From Spirogloea muscicola (Eukaryota): a stretch of 37,303 bases of DNA. The notes below the pieces were generated by a model. It saw only the letters and a program-made list of their open reading frames with translations. It did not search any database and was not told the origin of the DNA. Both the position numbers and the translations under genes were made by a program. This document shows, one piece after another, positions 1 through 10,959 of this stretch (its first letter is position 1; every line of letters begins with the position of its first letter). The stretch is from NCBI GenBank assembly GCA_009602725.1, contig WELB01000003.1:1159496-1196798 (forward strand). Direction: 5' to 3'.

Positions 1-400
1 CGTCCACAATCTCCTACGGGACGCCCTGGCGGGCTTGATGCGCGACGCCGGCTACCGCGCCATCGTTGAAGTGAGCAATGTAATGCCCATCACCACGGAT
101 TCCCAGGGAGGCCATCACCGTCGCACCCTGGACATTGTGGGTGTACAACCTGGCGGAGGCCCACGAGCTTTGGTTGATGTGGTGGTGACTGAGGCATACA
201 AGAGTTCCGCTTCCACACACATTGCTGGCCACGCAGTGGGAGGTGCTGAGCAGAAAAAGCTCCGACACTACTCAGACTACCCCCGCAGTGACCACCTCCT
301 CCCGGCCGCAATCGACACTTTCGGCTGCTTGGGTCCTCGCTTCCATACCCTACTCGAGAACATAGCGAGTCTGGGATATGCACGACGCGAGGATATGCTC
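1..400 (+). mobile_element. RLE (restriction-like endonuclease) domain fragment of a CRE-type non-LTR retrotransposon, subfamily A; open at the window start, broken at ~400
   Basis: Frame reads VHNLLRDALAGLMRDAGY..VEVS..RRTLDIV..LVDVVVT..AEQKKLRHY..LPAAIDTFGCLG. This matches the RLE pattern (R)H..E..RxD..D..KxxKY..P.A.(E/D)..G. The frame derails into CCAGCCC-A10 at 401. Confidence 0.8.
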
Positions 401-766
401 CCAGCCCAAAAAAAAAAGGAATGGCGGTATCGTTCCAACGTTCCCTTGCCCACGCAGTCCACACGCGTGCAGGGAAGAAAGAAGAAGAAAGGGCTCGCCC
501 ATTAAGGATATGGGCTGGAACAGCCAGCCCAAAAAAAAAGGGAATGAACAAAGTACCAGAAGAAGAAGAAGAAATTTCTCCTGAAGAAACTATGTCAGTA
601 CGAGGGGAGGATGGACTGAGAAGTGCTCGCCCAAAGAGAAGAGTGGCTGGCAAAGCCAGCCCAAAAAGAATGGACAATATCCCAAGCCAAAGAAAGAGGT
701 GCCAAAAAATAACTACACTACACTCCATGCCTTTGGACTAGGACTAAGACATCAGCCAGAGGATGC
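401..766 (-). repeat. Stacked retroelement 3'-UTR modules (hairpin GGGCTGG-loop-CCAGCCC followed by TGGGCGAGC)
   Basis: Hairpin or half-site copies at 401, 512-530 and 645-661. The reverse complement reads TTGT(C/T)CATTC-Tn-GGGCTGGC..CCAGCC..TGGGCGAGC, the same unit that follows the RLE stop codon at 3495-3546. Confidence 0.8.
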
Positions 767-1104
767 TCAGTAACCTCTAGTCAGTTCTTCTTCTAGTCAG
801 GAGATGCAAGTCTGAGTAAGTAGCCGGGGGAAAGACGTCGCCCTGACGGAAGCCGGAGGCCGCCGCCAAAGCTCGGCCTGCGCGCAAGTGGACTGCGAAC
901 GCAAGGGACCGCTGAAGCGAGACGGCCAACCGCATGCGGAAGACCTGCGCGAGGGACCCGGCGACATTGAAGCCGGGCTGCTCGCCCTGCTGCCCGTGGC
1001 GGCGGGCCGCGGCCTGCTGCGCAAGGCGGTGTAAGCAAGTCGAGCCACTTTGCGCCGAAGGCCCCGTGTACGTCGACTGCCAGGGGAACAAATTCGTCGC
1101 CCAC
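767..1104 (-). mobile_element. 5'-truncated RLE element 3' end (subfamily B)
   Basis: VGDEFVPLAVDVHGAFGAKWLDLL, then after a frameshift RLAQQAA..FNVAGSLAQVFRMRLAVSLQRSLAFAVHLRAGRALAAASG..YSDLHLLTR. The original TRGY* end at 767-781 is displaced by a 16-nt insertion with a CTAGTCAG duplication. Confidence 0.85.
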
Positions 1105-1117
1105 GTGGATGGACCAC

Positions 1118-1465
1118 TCAGTAGTTACGAGTGAGGAGCCTCAAGTCCGACAGACTAGCTGCCGGGAGACTATCCCCCTGACGAAAGCTGGAGGCCGCAG
1201 CAAGAGCACGGCCAGCACGCAGATGCAAGGCGTGGGCCATGGACCGCTGAAGGGAGACCGACAATCTCATACGATAGACTTGGGCCCACGAGCCAGCGGC
1301 ATTGAAGTCGATCGGCTCACCGCGCCTGCGGGACACAGCATGCCGCGCAAGCCTGGCCAGCAGGTCGAGCCACTGGGACCCGAGAGCCCCGTGCACGTCC
1401 ACAGCCAGGGAGAGAAACTCCTCAGCAGCCGGGTGGTCGGCGTGTTTGGCCGCCTTGTAGCGAGC
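1118..1465 (-). mobile_element. 5'-truncated RLE element 3' end (subfamily B)
   Basis: KAAKHADHPAAEEFLSLAVDVHGALGSQWLDLL..RMRLSVSLQRSMAHALHLRAGRALAAASSFRQGD..SDLRLLTRNY*, clearly homologous to 2820-3419. Confidence 0.85.
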
Positions 1466-1627
1466 AGCTGTAAGAGGCCAGCCCAATGGGATGCACAGTA
1501 GAAGGAAAGACACTTCCAGGAGAGGACAATGAAAGAACGATAATAAGCCGAAGGGGCCACAAATGCGCCAATGCACAGCGACTCTAGTGGCCACTAGGCA
1601 CTCCATCTCTTTCTAATCTCTTTGCAT

Positions 1628-2232
1628 GCGAACCTTTGTCCAATTCTTTTGGGCTGGCTTTTCGCAGCCCTTGCCCCATTGGGAGTGCCACTTCTTCTTC
1701 TTTGCATGCGCCTGTCCACATATACTCCAGCGGTCCATGGCCCACGCTTTGCATCTGCGTGCTGACCGCGCTCTAGCTGCAGCCTCTGGCTTTCATCAAG
1801 GGAATTGCATTCCGCTCTTGTCCCGCCATTACCACGGGGAGCAGGCTGCTTTGAGGCAGCAGGCTCTCTCGCTCAGGTGTGTCGCATGCGCCTGTCAGTC
1901 TCGCTGCAGCAATGCATGGCATGCGCGCTGCATCTGCGTGCCAGTCGCGCATTGGCTGCAGCCTCTGGCTCTGGCCAGGGGACCTGCTAGCCAGAGACTA
2001 CTTTCTCTGACTTGCGGCTGCTCAAAGGATGCTTTCAGGAGGGGGCGGTGGCTGGGAAGAAGAAGTGGTTATCCCAATGGGGACAAGGGCTGGGAAAAGC
2101 CAGCCCGAAAAGAACTTACAGAAGTTCGAAGGGGCCAAATGACGGAGGGGCCTAAAGCGCCAAGCAGCTACCAAGGGGCCGGAAGATGCTATGTCAGAAC
2201 GGGGGGAGGATGGACCACTCAGTAGGTACGAG
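1628..2232. mobile_element. Two degenerate tandem RLE C-terminal fragments (+) bracketed by inverted 3'-UTR hairpin modules
   Basis: LQRSMAHALHLRADRALAAASGFHQG (1726-1803) and AAGSLAQVCRMRLSVSLQQCMACALHLRASRALAAASG (1856-1970). Segment 1630-1700 is an imperfect inverted copy of 2057-2130. A terminal motif CTCAGTAGGTACGAG lies at 2218. Confidence 0.75.
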
Positions 2233-2256
2233 GAGAGGCCAGGGGCTGCTCAACAG

Positions 2257-2700
2257 GGGTTACTGAGTGCCTCGTGGCCACTTGAGTCACTGTGAGGTTT
2301 AGCACTTGCCCCTTTGGAATTGAAGAAAGAGCGCGCCCATAGAGAAAGGGGGCCAGCAAAGCCAGCCCAGAAAGAATGGACAATGTCAAAAGCCAAAAAA
2401 CACAAAAACAAAAAACACACAGCCAGGCAGCTAGAGAAGAAGACACGACGAAATCACAGGCAGCTCAATACCCCCGGGTGAGCAACATCAGGTCGGAGTA
2501 GCTCGACGCAGGAAATGATGCATCCAGACGCGACCCAGAAGCAGCCGCGATAGCGCAGCCCGCACGCGAGTGGACGGCATAGGCGAGGGAGCATTGGAGG
2601 GAATTTGGAATTTGTGCATTCTATTTTCTGGGCTGGCCACTCACAGCCATCGCCAAGCCCAGACCAGAAAAGAATAGGCCAAGCCCAGACCAGAAAAGAA
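2257..2700. mobile_element. Degenerate RLE element 3' fragments and hairpin modules
   Basis: GGGGTTACTGAG at 2257, a minus-strand hairpin module at 2330-2385, and a minus-strand ASSYSDLMLLTRGY* copy at 2465-2510. Confidence 0.7.
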
Positions 2701-2767
2701 TAGGCAATGTCCGCAGGCCTCAAAAAAGTGCCCGGAAAGACAAAACTACACATCAAGACACGAATGG

Positions 2768-3546
2768 ATGCGCCCACGGAGGCGCCCACGGAGGCGAGAG
2801 GACCGCTTCCCATGATCTTTTGCGCGATGGTATGCAGGGGGTGTTCATAGAGGCGGGCTTCAAGGTGGCGGTGGAGTGCTCCTCAGTCATGCCCATCCTG
2901 CGGGGCGAGGACGGCCGGTCGCACACCCGGCGCGCCGACCTGGTCGCTATCCCGCCCAGCGGCGGTCCCCGCATCATCACTGATGCGGTGACAACGGACA
3001 GCTACGACTACGGCAACCCCACCAGGTCGGCGTCGTTTGCAGGGCATGCGGTCGGCCTGGCAGCCCGGGCAAAAGAGAAAAAATATGCCGATCACCCGGT
3101 CGGTGATGAGTTCGCGGCCCTGGCGATAGATGTTCACGTGGCCTTCGGCAGCCGCTGGCTGGATCTCCTCCAGCGGCTTGCTCGTCAGGCTATTGATCGG
3201 CGGTCGGGTCCGCCCGGGGCGCTGCCCGGCTTCAACGCCGCCGGGTCGCTCGCCCAGGTCTTTCGCATGCGCTTGGCGGTATCGTTCCAGCGATCCCTTG
3301 CCCACGCTGTCCACACGCGCGCAGGACGCGCTCTGGCCGCGGCCTCCGGGTCTCGGCGGAGTGCCTCCTTCCCTGCCTCGAGCTACTCGGACCTGATGTT
3401 GCTCACTCGCGGGTACTGAGCTTCCCTAGTATGTTGTCGTGATTGGTAGAGTAGAGGAGCCCTTCCTCGGCATCTCATTCTTCGGCTTTGGACATTGTCC
3501 ATTCTTTTTGGGCTGGCTTTGCCAGCCCCTCTTTCTTTATGGGCGA
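2768..3546 (+). mobile_element. Longest RLE element fragment: open endonuclease domain (to stop 3419) plus 3'-UTR with hairpin; no RT domain present
   Basis: CAHGG(AHGG duplicated, 12 bp)ERTASHDLLRD..VE..RRADLV..ITDAVT..AKEKKY..FAALAIDVH..LLTRGY*. This is the end of the zinc knuckle followed by the RLE motifs typical of CRE-clade elements. A perfect hairpin GGGCTGGC-TTT-GCCAGCCC lies at 3509-3527. Confidence 0.88.
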
Positions 3547-3569
3547 TATCACACGATGCAGATGGATGC

Positions 3570-4050
3570 TCAGTACCCACGAGTGAGCAACAGCAAATCA
3601 GAATAACTCGAAGCAGGAAAAGCGGCACTCTGCCGAGACCCTGAGGCAGCAGCCATATCACGGCCAGCGCGCGTGTGGACCGCATGAGCCTGAGAGCGCT
3701 GGAGCGTGACCGCCAGCCTCGGTCGAAATGGAAGCGTCGTTCTTTCCAGCTGTACTCTGTCTGATGTATGTATGTTTGTTTCAAATACACGAAATTTTCT
3801 TTCTGATGTACGTATGTGGTCATGCGTATGTATGTGCATTCGTGGGTACTGACGTCGATGGGCGAGCCCTTTCCTTTCCAGCCACTCTTCTTTGCCAGCC
3901 CCTCTTTCTCTATGGGCGAGCTTTCTTTCTATGGGCGAGCACATTCTTTTCCAGCCTGCATCCACATTCTTCTTCTTCTACCTTTGGCCCCTTACCATGG
4001 TGGCTTTGTGACGTTAGTACCCACGTGAGCCCACGCTGGACAGCCAGGGG
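3570..4050. mobile_element. Inverted (tail-to-tail) RLE 3' fragment plus further degenerate 3'-UTR modules
   Basis: Minus-strand RLAVTLQRSQAHAVHTRAGRDMAAASGSRQSAAFPASSYSDLLLLTRGY* at 3570-3720. TCGTGGGTACTGA at 3840, CCAGCCCCTCTTTCTCTATGGGCGAGC at 3895, and TTAGTACCCACG at 4014. Confidence 0.75.
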
Positions 4051-4826
4051 AAGTCAGAGCACCGCCACGGAAGCTAGTGAGCTGACTGGTTAAGTAAAAG
4101 GCTGCCCTGTGAAGCGGCTGCTCCGAAGGGCAGCCGCTCAGATGTATCACATGAGCGGCGGCGAGGCGAGGGGCCTGCAACTCGTGGTAAAAACATGAAA
4201 TGGCGAGATTTGACGAAGACGCAGCTGCCAGCAGCAGAGGTAATTACATCAGAAGTGGGGCCCACGATTCCGCCATCTGCCCGCCGACGGAAGCGACGGC
4301 GGCACCACACCCCCCCCCCCCCAGGCCCTGCCTTCCCCGGCAAGTCCGGCGGCCTCTCCGCCGCGTGGCGCGTGCCGCCGCCGCCGCCGCCGCCGCCGCC
4401 GAACTGCCTGCCGCCACCGCCGCCGCGGTTGCCGTCCTGCTAGGCCGCTCTGGCGGCGGCCCGCCCCGGGGGCCTCCCTTTCTGGCAGCCGCGGAGCTTC
4501 CGTCGAGCCAGGGCCACGCGTCGTCGGCGGGGCCGGGCCATGGGCAGCCATGCCAGGCGCGCGGCGGCCGGCGTGGCGCTGCGTCCTCTAGGCGGCCGCC
4601 GAGTCCGCTCAGACGCCTCGGCGGCCAGCTCCCGCCCGCTCGGAGCTCCCGAGCGGGCTGCCGTTCCGGTCATATGATGCTCCGCGACGAATTGGCGAGC
4701 GGCAGGCTCTGGAGACTGGCAGCGCAGCGAGGGCTCCTGGATAGAAGCCGTCTGGGAGCTGGCGCCGTCGTCCTCTCAGACGGTGGAGCCGTCTGGGAGG
4801 TCGCCGTCAGCTCCGCGGGCAACAGG

Positions 4827-7800
4827 ATGGAGGGGCTGGCCAGGGCCGCGGCGGCGCTGCTGATACCGTCGTGGCGGGAGGTCAACATGTCGCTCGTCAC
4901 GGCGGTGCTCGTGATCGTCCTCTTTGTCCTCCTCCAGCACGCCCTGGAGCGGGAGGCCCCCCGGGCCTCGCCTGCCTCCTGGCAGCATGCCCGCAAGAAG
5001 CCCCGAGCTCTCCGGGTGCGCCTCCCAGCGCCAGTCAGGCTTGTGCAAGCCTTGTAGTAATGACTTAAGCATGGCTTTCTTGTGATGTTTCTCTACTTGC
5101 ACGAGTAATTATCCTCGAGAAGAGGCAGATTGCAGCTGAAATAGGTGTGAGGGGCACAGGTTCTGTGCTCCTCAGGGCAGGTTCAGGCAGCTGCTGTCAC
5201 CCCTTCGAGTGATTGTGATCATGTTCCGCGAATTCAGAAGGCGAGGAAAGAGACGAAGCTGGAACAGTTCGAGACGACTGTTGTTGCTCCAGCACCACCA
5301 GTGCATGATGCGGATGAGGTGCCTGAACTGTTAGTCCTGCCTCATGCAGCTACTGTGCAAGCACCCGCTTCTTGCCATGGGCAACGGCAGGTCTCTTTCT
5401 GTTCTAGTCTGAAGCGGCAGTCGCATGTGGTTGTGTACATCAATGTTGAGATGTATGACGGCTTGGCCCTTTCAGAGGATGATTGAGTGAGAAGACACCT
5501 TTGCAATAAATGTTAGTCCTCCTCTCGTGCAGGTAAAGGCACAGAAAGCGGAGGCCGATATCCCGGAGTCCAGTGCCGGTCACATGCACCAGATACATGT
5601 GTGTATAGTGCTCTTACTGAAAGCTCGACTCACTCGTTACATACGCTTGGTCAGAGGCCACCTTCATGCAGTGTCAACAACAGTTGCTATGGTAGACAGG
5701 ATTTGCAGACCTGCACTTCCTACAACTTTACAACAGTCATGTTGCTCGTCGCACAGTGCTGCAGTTGTTCCAGAGACAATGTTATTGGCACATCTACTAA
5801 AATGTTGTGATTGGACCCTGTCATCATCCTTGCAGCTTCAACTTCTTGCAGCCAAGAATCTGAAAGCCGCCAACATAAGTGGCACCTCAGACCCTTATGC
5901 AGTCATCACTTGTGGCTCACAGAAGCGGTTCAGGTCAGCTTGCCTCCGCATGTGCTTAACACACTGTGCTAGGAGAGTTTATTGAGGACTTCAGCTTGCA
6001 GTCACTTTGCCAGTAAACTCTTCTTCATATGCTGGTGGTCTAGCACGCACACTGATTGTTGAGTTCGGACTTAGGGAGATTCCAGAGCTTGAGATCCGCT
6101 GTTCTGCAGCTCTGCTGTCATGGGCTCGCGAAACCCAATGTGGGGTGAGGAGTTTGACTTCTACACCGAAGAGATGCCTGTCAAGGTAGTTCTTGTGCGT
6201 GTGTCACGAACAGCAATAGTTTCAAGCGCAAATCACGGGCCAGTAAATACATCATGGGCAATGCGAGATGAGCCTAGCAGGTCGCAGCCTACATATTGTA
6301 CCCACTTACTAAGGTCTTCTGGTGCAGATTTTGATTAGCATCTACGATTGGGACATCATCTCCAAGAGCTCGGAGTTAGGTAGCACAACTATAGTCATCG
6401 AGGAAGGTGAAGAGAGAGAAGCAGATTGGTATTTCTTGGACAGGACCTCTGGCCAGGTGATGGACTATCTGCATTTCAGATTAGGACCTCCTTCTTAGGT
6501 ATTGGAAGTTCACTGCTGTGGTTTCTCCCAAAATTGATCTGGAGATTAGCACAGCATGACATCATTGTTGATGTTCAAGGATCTTCGGTGTACTACCACC
6601 ACCTCATTATGGTGGTATTTCATACTGTCGTATATGAAAGATTATCCCGCAATGATACACTCCCGACCCTGACTCTTGGTAGCCCCAGCTTCTGTCTAGT
6701 CCTGCACTGTTAGAGCTTGGCGGTGAGGAGCTGTGACTCGTTACCAATTCGTGTCTCTTTGCAGGTCTGTCTCCAATTGCAGAGCAAGATGCTCGCCACT
6801 ACTTTGTCAGGGTGCGCTTTCCATCAAGCTTAAAGCACTGCATGGACAAGCTTGGAAGCTATTGAGCAGGCTCTAGGAAGGCTGTGTGCTGACCATTCTT
6901 CACAGTGAGTGACAACCTGCTAAACTTCTACCGTATGCTCCAAGAGTGTACAGGCCATCAAACGGCAGTATGGGCCGTGGCTTTCCATCAGCCTTGAAGC
7001 TAAGGCGCTATTCCCATGGAGGGTCCACGGAGCAGGTGGCCACGGAGGTGCATCAGAAGCCTGGCCCACTGCAGACAATATTCGACCTGCCTCCTGATGA
7101 GGTTAGGCCACTGTCAAACTGCCTGCACAGCAACTGGTGGCAATTTATTGACTGAGCATTGCAGCTATCAGTCATGTATCACTAGGAATCAGGTGTTGTA
7201 ACACACGTCGTTGACGCTATTGCAGGTAGTCTTGCACACCTTCTCTTGTGGGCTGGAGAGGTCTTTCTTGTATCATGGAAGAATGTACATATCGGCTTGG
7301 CACATCTGCTTTCATTCAAATCTCTTCAAGAAGCAACTAAAAGTCATCCTCCCTCTGGAGGATATCGAAGAGGCAAGTCCTAACCAGCCAGATATGGTTC
7401 ACGCAGAGGTTGCCTAACCAGGCAGTCCTCTGACAGGATGTGCTTGTGACCGACATGCGCGCCTTATGGCCACAAAGTCAGGACATATACAGTTATTGGA
7501 AATGAGTGCTGAATATGTTGATTGACCTTAGGGTCAGGGTTTCAGCTCAGACTTTGGCTTCGATGAAATAATGTGTTCAGAGTGCGTGAATTGTTCGAGG
7601 TCAGTCTGTTACAGGCATGTGGCTGTCTACGGCTAAAGATCAGCCCATATGACTCAGACCTGCAGAAGCCAACATGCAATTGATCCCTCAATCACGCTTA
7701 CCCTGCAGCACGTAGCTGGCTATTATCTAAGATCACCCCAGTGTGACACAGATGCGGAGAAGCCAACACGCAATGATCAATCCCTCCATCACACTTATCC

Positions 7801-10647
7801 TGCGCGCTGGAGCTGGTGGTCATGGTGTGCCCCCCTTGGCAAGCCCAGATGGTACTTGCTTCTAGGCCCCTGCCTCTTTTGTGGAATTTCCAAATCCTGC
7901 CTTGGGGATGGACTCTCTTGATTCTTATATCATGTATATAAAGCACAAAGGTGTTTTGGTCGATCTGTCTGCAGAGACTTCTAACCATCTTTTGTGGTTG
8001 TTAGCTCAAGTGGGACTCTTGACTTTTGTCACTTCCTTCACCACCACAGGGAGGGCAAAATACAAGTTTGCATCCTTCTGGAATCGCAATCATACCCTGC
8101 GACTGCTCCAGAAGGCTGTGGCTGACTACGCAACCATGGAGCAGGTTGAGGTCCAGGTACTGGCAGCACCTTGGCTTACCCCTTACATGGGTAGCATGAA
8201 ATTGGCCTTCAAACTGTTTGACGGTTAGGACGTACTCGCAAGGTCGCGGAACCAAGACATTTGGCACAGGGTTGTAGTTCTGTAAGCATCACCATAGTTA
8301 CTCAATGTGGAGTTTCTTTCTGCTCCTGTCAGGAAGCGGAGCAGTCCTTGATGCGGGCTCAGAGTGGTCGTGTGGACCTGGACTTTGAGTTGGATGGTGA
8401 AATTCAGCACATACCTCTTCCACTCTGTGTAGCTGCCTACACAGACGAGCACCATTGAGCATGCCCCAAGAGATTGTAAAGTTGTTCCTTTGCCCAACTT
8501 TGTCGCTCTGAGTGTGGAATTCATTTTCTGTTTACTCCTCTCCGTTTGCCAGGTGCCTTGGCGACACTTCCTCGCTCACCGCCGCAATCCAAGCCTGTGC
8601 AGCCATTCTTAAGCCACGAAGTCCTCCAGCCACTAGTATCGGTGAGTCTCGTGCAGCAGCTCTTCTTATGCTTCTGCGCAAAGCTTGGCCTTTGCTTGCA
8701 AGTTGATTGGACTCTCCTAAGCTTCCATGTTGGTTGCTGAATGTTGAACAGTTACAATCCACATGCTGAATTCTGAAATCTGGATTTCAGGATAGCTTAC
8801 CGTGTACAGCTGAGGAGTACTTCGCATCCTTGCTTGATGACTCATCAACATTCACTTCGACATACAGAAACGCCCGAAAAGATAGCGAGTTGAAGGTGAG
8901 CTTAGTGCACCATAAGCAAGGGTTTGCTTCTGCCTTGAGAGGCTCGACCTTCTCCAACTTTGGTGCCTACGCACTGCCCTGGGCTTTCTAATGGTGCACT
9001 GCAAGTTGGCACTCAGCTTGCAAGAGATGTAACCTTGTATTCATATCAGTACTTCATACAAGCAGGTGGAGAAGTGGCATGTCTCTGAGCAATTTGGAGG
9101 CATGGTCAGGAAGGTTAGCCATTACATGTGACTCTTGTGCTGCCTTAATGTACCATAATTATGCTGGTTTGAAAGATCAGGATGCGTTATGTAAAGTTGA
9201 AGACATGCTAATAAGGTGATAATTTGATGGTTTTTGGTGAAGCTTTGATCCAGCTTGTCCGCAATTTCTGCAGATCGACTTTCGCTCTTTGTGCAATAGC
9301 CCCATGTGCCCTCCCTCCACTTCGATGACTGACTGGCAACGGACATGCTTTGAAGACGACAAGTCCACGCTGGTGATGTGTTCTGCACCATGTCTCAATT
9401 TACCAACCCTGCATAGCTTGCTCCTGGAGACCCAGAGAGGAGGGAGTGCGTAGAGGTTGTTGCAGAGGTTGTTCGGCCTCAGCTTGCTTTTAGTCAACGG
9501 ATTACTGTGGTCCTGTCATTGCAACCATCTAACATTGTACATGCGCTCTGCTCTAGCTTCTGATTCCTCCCGTGCGTATTTACCTCCCAGTTACTAGAGA
9601 CAGTCCTCCAGGCTCATGATGTACCATTTGGAACATACTTCGAAGTAGGGACCTTCATCTTTTGACCCTTCTTCAGCCACGAAACTAAAACACAATGGGT
9701 CTTCTGGACTGGTAGCATGCTGGACGTGTGTGGAGGAATCAATAAGCTCTGACATGTCATATGTCAATTATTGACTTCCACGTATCATAACTCACCAGGA
9801 ACTTGTTTGACTACATGAATCAGGTTCAAGCATTGTGGAGGATACGAAACGAATCTTCAAGTACTTGCACAGTCACTGTAACATCAGGTACTTCCAGTGG
9901 CCACCCTGCAGATGATTATGACAATCTTCGAAAGCCCACAGTCTTGAGACTAAAAGAAGCCCTACATGCGACTGGATGCATCATAGAGAATGTACTTAAC
10001 ACAGAAAGAGCATCCTACCGGCGGTCTGAAGACTCTTCTTCTATAGATGCTACAACAGGCAGGATTGCTGCCATCAATAAGCAACTCTTGACAAGCTGCA
10101 TAGGTGCTCAACCACAACATGCCTCCCTGCAGTCTGAGATAGATAACTTTGAGGACATTTGCCATCTCTCTATGTCCTGCAGGCGTTCACTTCAAGAAGT
10201 GGACTGTAATGTCTGCTAAGATACGATCAGGGGCAGCTAGCGAGGTGATATCTGCTCCCCATGTCGCTGTTAACTGCTGTTCTATGTGAAGCTCGCAAGA
10301 AAGGACTGGAAGAGTCCCATTCTCACCTGCTTCAGTGTCTACTCAGTAGTAATACTGCAGCTTTTGACAGTCTCTGACTACGGTCGTTGCCTTTGATCCT
10401 GCAGTACAAATTGGACGCAATGCTAATATTGGATCTAGCGAAGAAGGAAGTAGAAGCACGGAGACAGAGTGCTAGTGCTTCACAGCAGCATGTTCCAACT
10501 GTTGCTGATGCTGAGTCAAGGACGTCCTCCCCTAGCCTTGCTTCCGTAGATACTGAGGCGGCGCCCAAGAGGCTGCTTCCAGATAGCGACCCAAGGATAG
10601 GCCCCATTCTTAAGGATGGCTCCAATACGCCCATGCGAAGACACTGA
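4827..10647 (+). CDS. BAGP1: C2 + GRAM + VASt domain membrane protein (BAG-associated GRAM protein 1-like), about 20 exons
   Basis: N-terminal TM ([26 protein letters not shown]). C2 domain: [30 protein letters not shown] (5837-5933), [27 protein letters not shown] domain: [87 protein letters not shown]. VASt domain: [33 protein letters not shown]. The last exon is 10405-10647. The start is uncertain because in-frame ATGs also occur at 4674/4677. Confidence 0.88.
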
Positions 10648-10959
10648 CTATGGCATTAACATGGCCAGCAGAAGTTCTGCTCGCCATGCGTCCTCGCTCC
10701 GCAAATTTGGGCATGTTATGGCTGGGCCGCGGAGCAAGGCAGAGCTTCACCTCGGGCTTGCTTCTAGCCAGGATGTAAAGAATCTGTGTCGCTTTGGCTT
10801 GCATCTGCCTCAGCATCATCATGCAGGTGTGGTTGGTAAGGCAAGCACTAAAGCTCTATGCGCCGCCTGCTGCTCAGCCCGACGGGTTTGAGACGGAGTT
10901 GCCTCAAGCTGTGGGTCTAGGGTCTTTATCTGGCGTGGGTTTACTACCTGAGGCAAGGT

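Noticed and set aside
625..680. HDV-like ribozyme suggested by a hairpin followed by GAATGGAC
   Set aside because: I could not find P1/P3/L3 pairings or a correctly placed catalytic C. An Infernal or RNArobo search would be needed.
3495..3546. GC hairpin with T-tracts as a bacterial rho-independent terminator
   Set aside because: The context is eukaryotic and intron-rich, and the main T-run precedes the stem. It is better explained as a retroelement 3'-UTR structure.
401..4050. Hairpin repeats as a CRISPR array
   Set aside because: Spacing is irregular, orientation is mixed, repeats are degenerate, intervening sequences are homologous to each other, and no cas genes are present.
4195..4673. 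Long overlapping Pro/Ala/Arg-rich ORFs upstream of the BAGP1-like gene
   Set aside because: GC-rich promoter/UTR sequence with (GCC)n runs gives stop-poor frames on all strands, and no domain is recognisable.
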